NCBI RefSeq assembly: GCF_044704955.1
Contig: NC_091999.1
Span: forward strand, 19,592,001-19,656,000
Direction: 5' to 3'
From: Pristiophorus japonicus
Lineage: Eukaryota
DNA: 64,000 nt
Every line of letters begins with the position of its first letter. Position 1 is the first letter of the stretch. A program made the translations under genes and the position numbers. Under the pieces are notes generated by a model. The model had not been told where the DNA came from. It did no database searches and worked only from the letters and a program-made list of their open reading frames with translations. This document shows, piece after piece, positions 62,345 through 64,000 of the stretch.

Positions 62345-63470
62345 CTTCGCTGCCCGTTCCCAATAAACCTTCACTTACATATCGCTCAAAAATCTGTCTA
62401 TCTCCGCCTTAAATATATTTAATGACTCAGCCTTCACAGCTCACGGGGGAAGAGAATTCCACAGATTTGCAACTCTCTGAGAGAAAAAATCCTCCTCATC
62501 TCAGCTTTAAATGAGCGAACCCTTATTCTGAAAACGATGCCCCGTAGTTCTAGAAACACCCTTGAGTGGAAATACCCTAACTGCATTTAACTTGTAGAGC
62601 CACCTCGGTATCTTATACATTGCAATAAGAACATTTCTCATTCTTCTGAACTCCTACGAGTATAGGCCCAACCAACTGAAAATGTCGTCATGTCAATCCA
62701 TTCTACTCAGGAATCAACCGAAAGAAACCTTCTCTTAACTGCCTCGAATGCAATTATATCCCTCCTATATAAGTAGACCAAAACTATGCAATACTCTCGA
62801 TATACCTCAACAATACCTGTACAATGTAGCTGGACTTCTCTGCTTTTATACTCCATCCTATTTACAATAAATGCCAAGAATCCATTTGCCTTCTTGATTA
62901 CTGAGTACCTGCATAATAACCATTTGTGTATCAGGCATAAGGACGCCTGAGCCCTCTGAACTGCATCATTTTGTAATTATTCACCATTGAAATAATAATT
63001 TGCTCTTTATATTTTCCGCTAAAGCAGATAACCTCACACTTTCCCACCGTATATTCCATCTACCAAATATTTGCCCACTCACTTAGTCTGTCTATTCCCC
63101 TTTGCAGATGTATTGTGTCCTCCTCTCAACTTGCTTACCCACCCATCTTTGTATCATCAGCAAATGTTACTACATTACATACAATCCTTTTATCCAAATC
63201 ATTAATATAGATGGTAATAGTTATGTCCGCAGCAACGATCCATGTGACACACCAACAGTTACTGTTTCCCAACCAGAAAATGACCCATTCATCGCGACTC
63301 TCCGCTTTCTGTTGGTTAGCCAATCCTCTATCCATCCTAACACTGTGAACGTTCATCTTGTGCAGAACCTTTTATTTAGCTCATTATCGAATGCCTTCTG
63401 GAAATCCAAATGCACCACATCCACTGGTTCCCCCTTATCCACCCTGCTCATTACATTCTCAAAGAACTCC
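62345..63470 (-). mobile_element. CR1 fragment
   Basis: Minus-strand IYINDLD...FADDTKMGG and LDFQKAFD. Confidence 0.85.
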
Positions 63471-64000
63471 AGTTGTTGTCCAGTCAAAACAATTAATCTC
63501 TATCAACTAGTTTACAATAGACCCATACATGAGCTGAAATAATCCCAGTGGGGAAAAGCTTTAGGACTCATGGGACCAAAGTGACCTGTTCCTCACAACA
63601 TGCTACGCATACAACATATCATGTCTCAAATTACTTAAATAGTGTGCCCCGAAAGATTATTTTCAGAAATAAATCTATAAATTTGCATTTAACGGAATAA
63701 ATACTGACTGTTCCCACGGTATGTCTAGGGAGATTGACCACTCGCCCAGTTAAATAATATGTTCTCAAAATATTTTTGAATGTACCCCCTTCAAGCGCAG
63801 ACCCTGCTTTTCTGGACAAGGTGATAAACATCGTTGCATCTATTAGTATTGCCAAAGTGGCCGTTTTGTTTCTTATTGGCTCTCCAACTTCACTGCACCT
63901 GTTGATGATTGGTCTCCTTTGGAGGACCAGCAAGTGAGGGAACGAGATAATATTTTATATGGAGAGACTGTGGACACCGTCGCTTTCATATGCCCACAAT

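Noticed and set aside
58707-62366. Long His/Cys-rich ORFs (e.g. 58924-59511, 61422-61994)
   Set aside because: Translations of the 46-bp minisatellite, open in several frames at once.
63631-64000. Minus-strand 100-aa ORF or possible first exon of another GPCR
   Set aside because: The distal part looks like CR1 3' sequence, and the remaining resemblance is too weak to support a call.

Overview
Eukaryotic, repeat-rich vertebrate DNA, almost certainly from a shark or other elasmobranch, judged from the IgM exon sequences and the CR1/RTE/L2 repeat content. It looks like part of an antigen-receptor (TCR alpha/delta-type) region. Left of a 544-N assembly gap lies a decayed IgM heavy-chain constant gene with the unusual layout CH1-CH2-TM1-TM2, with no recognisable CH3, CH4 or secretory exon. 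Right of the gap lie a P2Y-like GPCR pseudogene, one open TCR Valpha/delta segment (leader, V exon, 23-RSS) and two copies of a Valpha/delta pseudogene carried on a near-identical 6.3-kb tandem duplication. Further right are an olfactory-receptor pseudogene, a PIF/Harbinger transposon remnant and an intact two-exon GPR139/142-like GPCR. The rest is CR1, RTE, L2 and Penelope fragments, SINE-like elements and minisatellites. All family assignments come from reading motifs by eye; no searches were run, and repeat boundaries are approximate.
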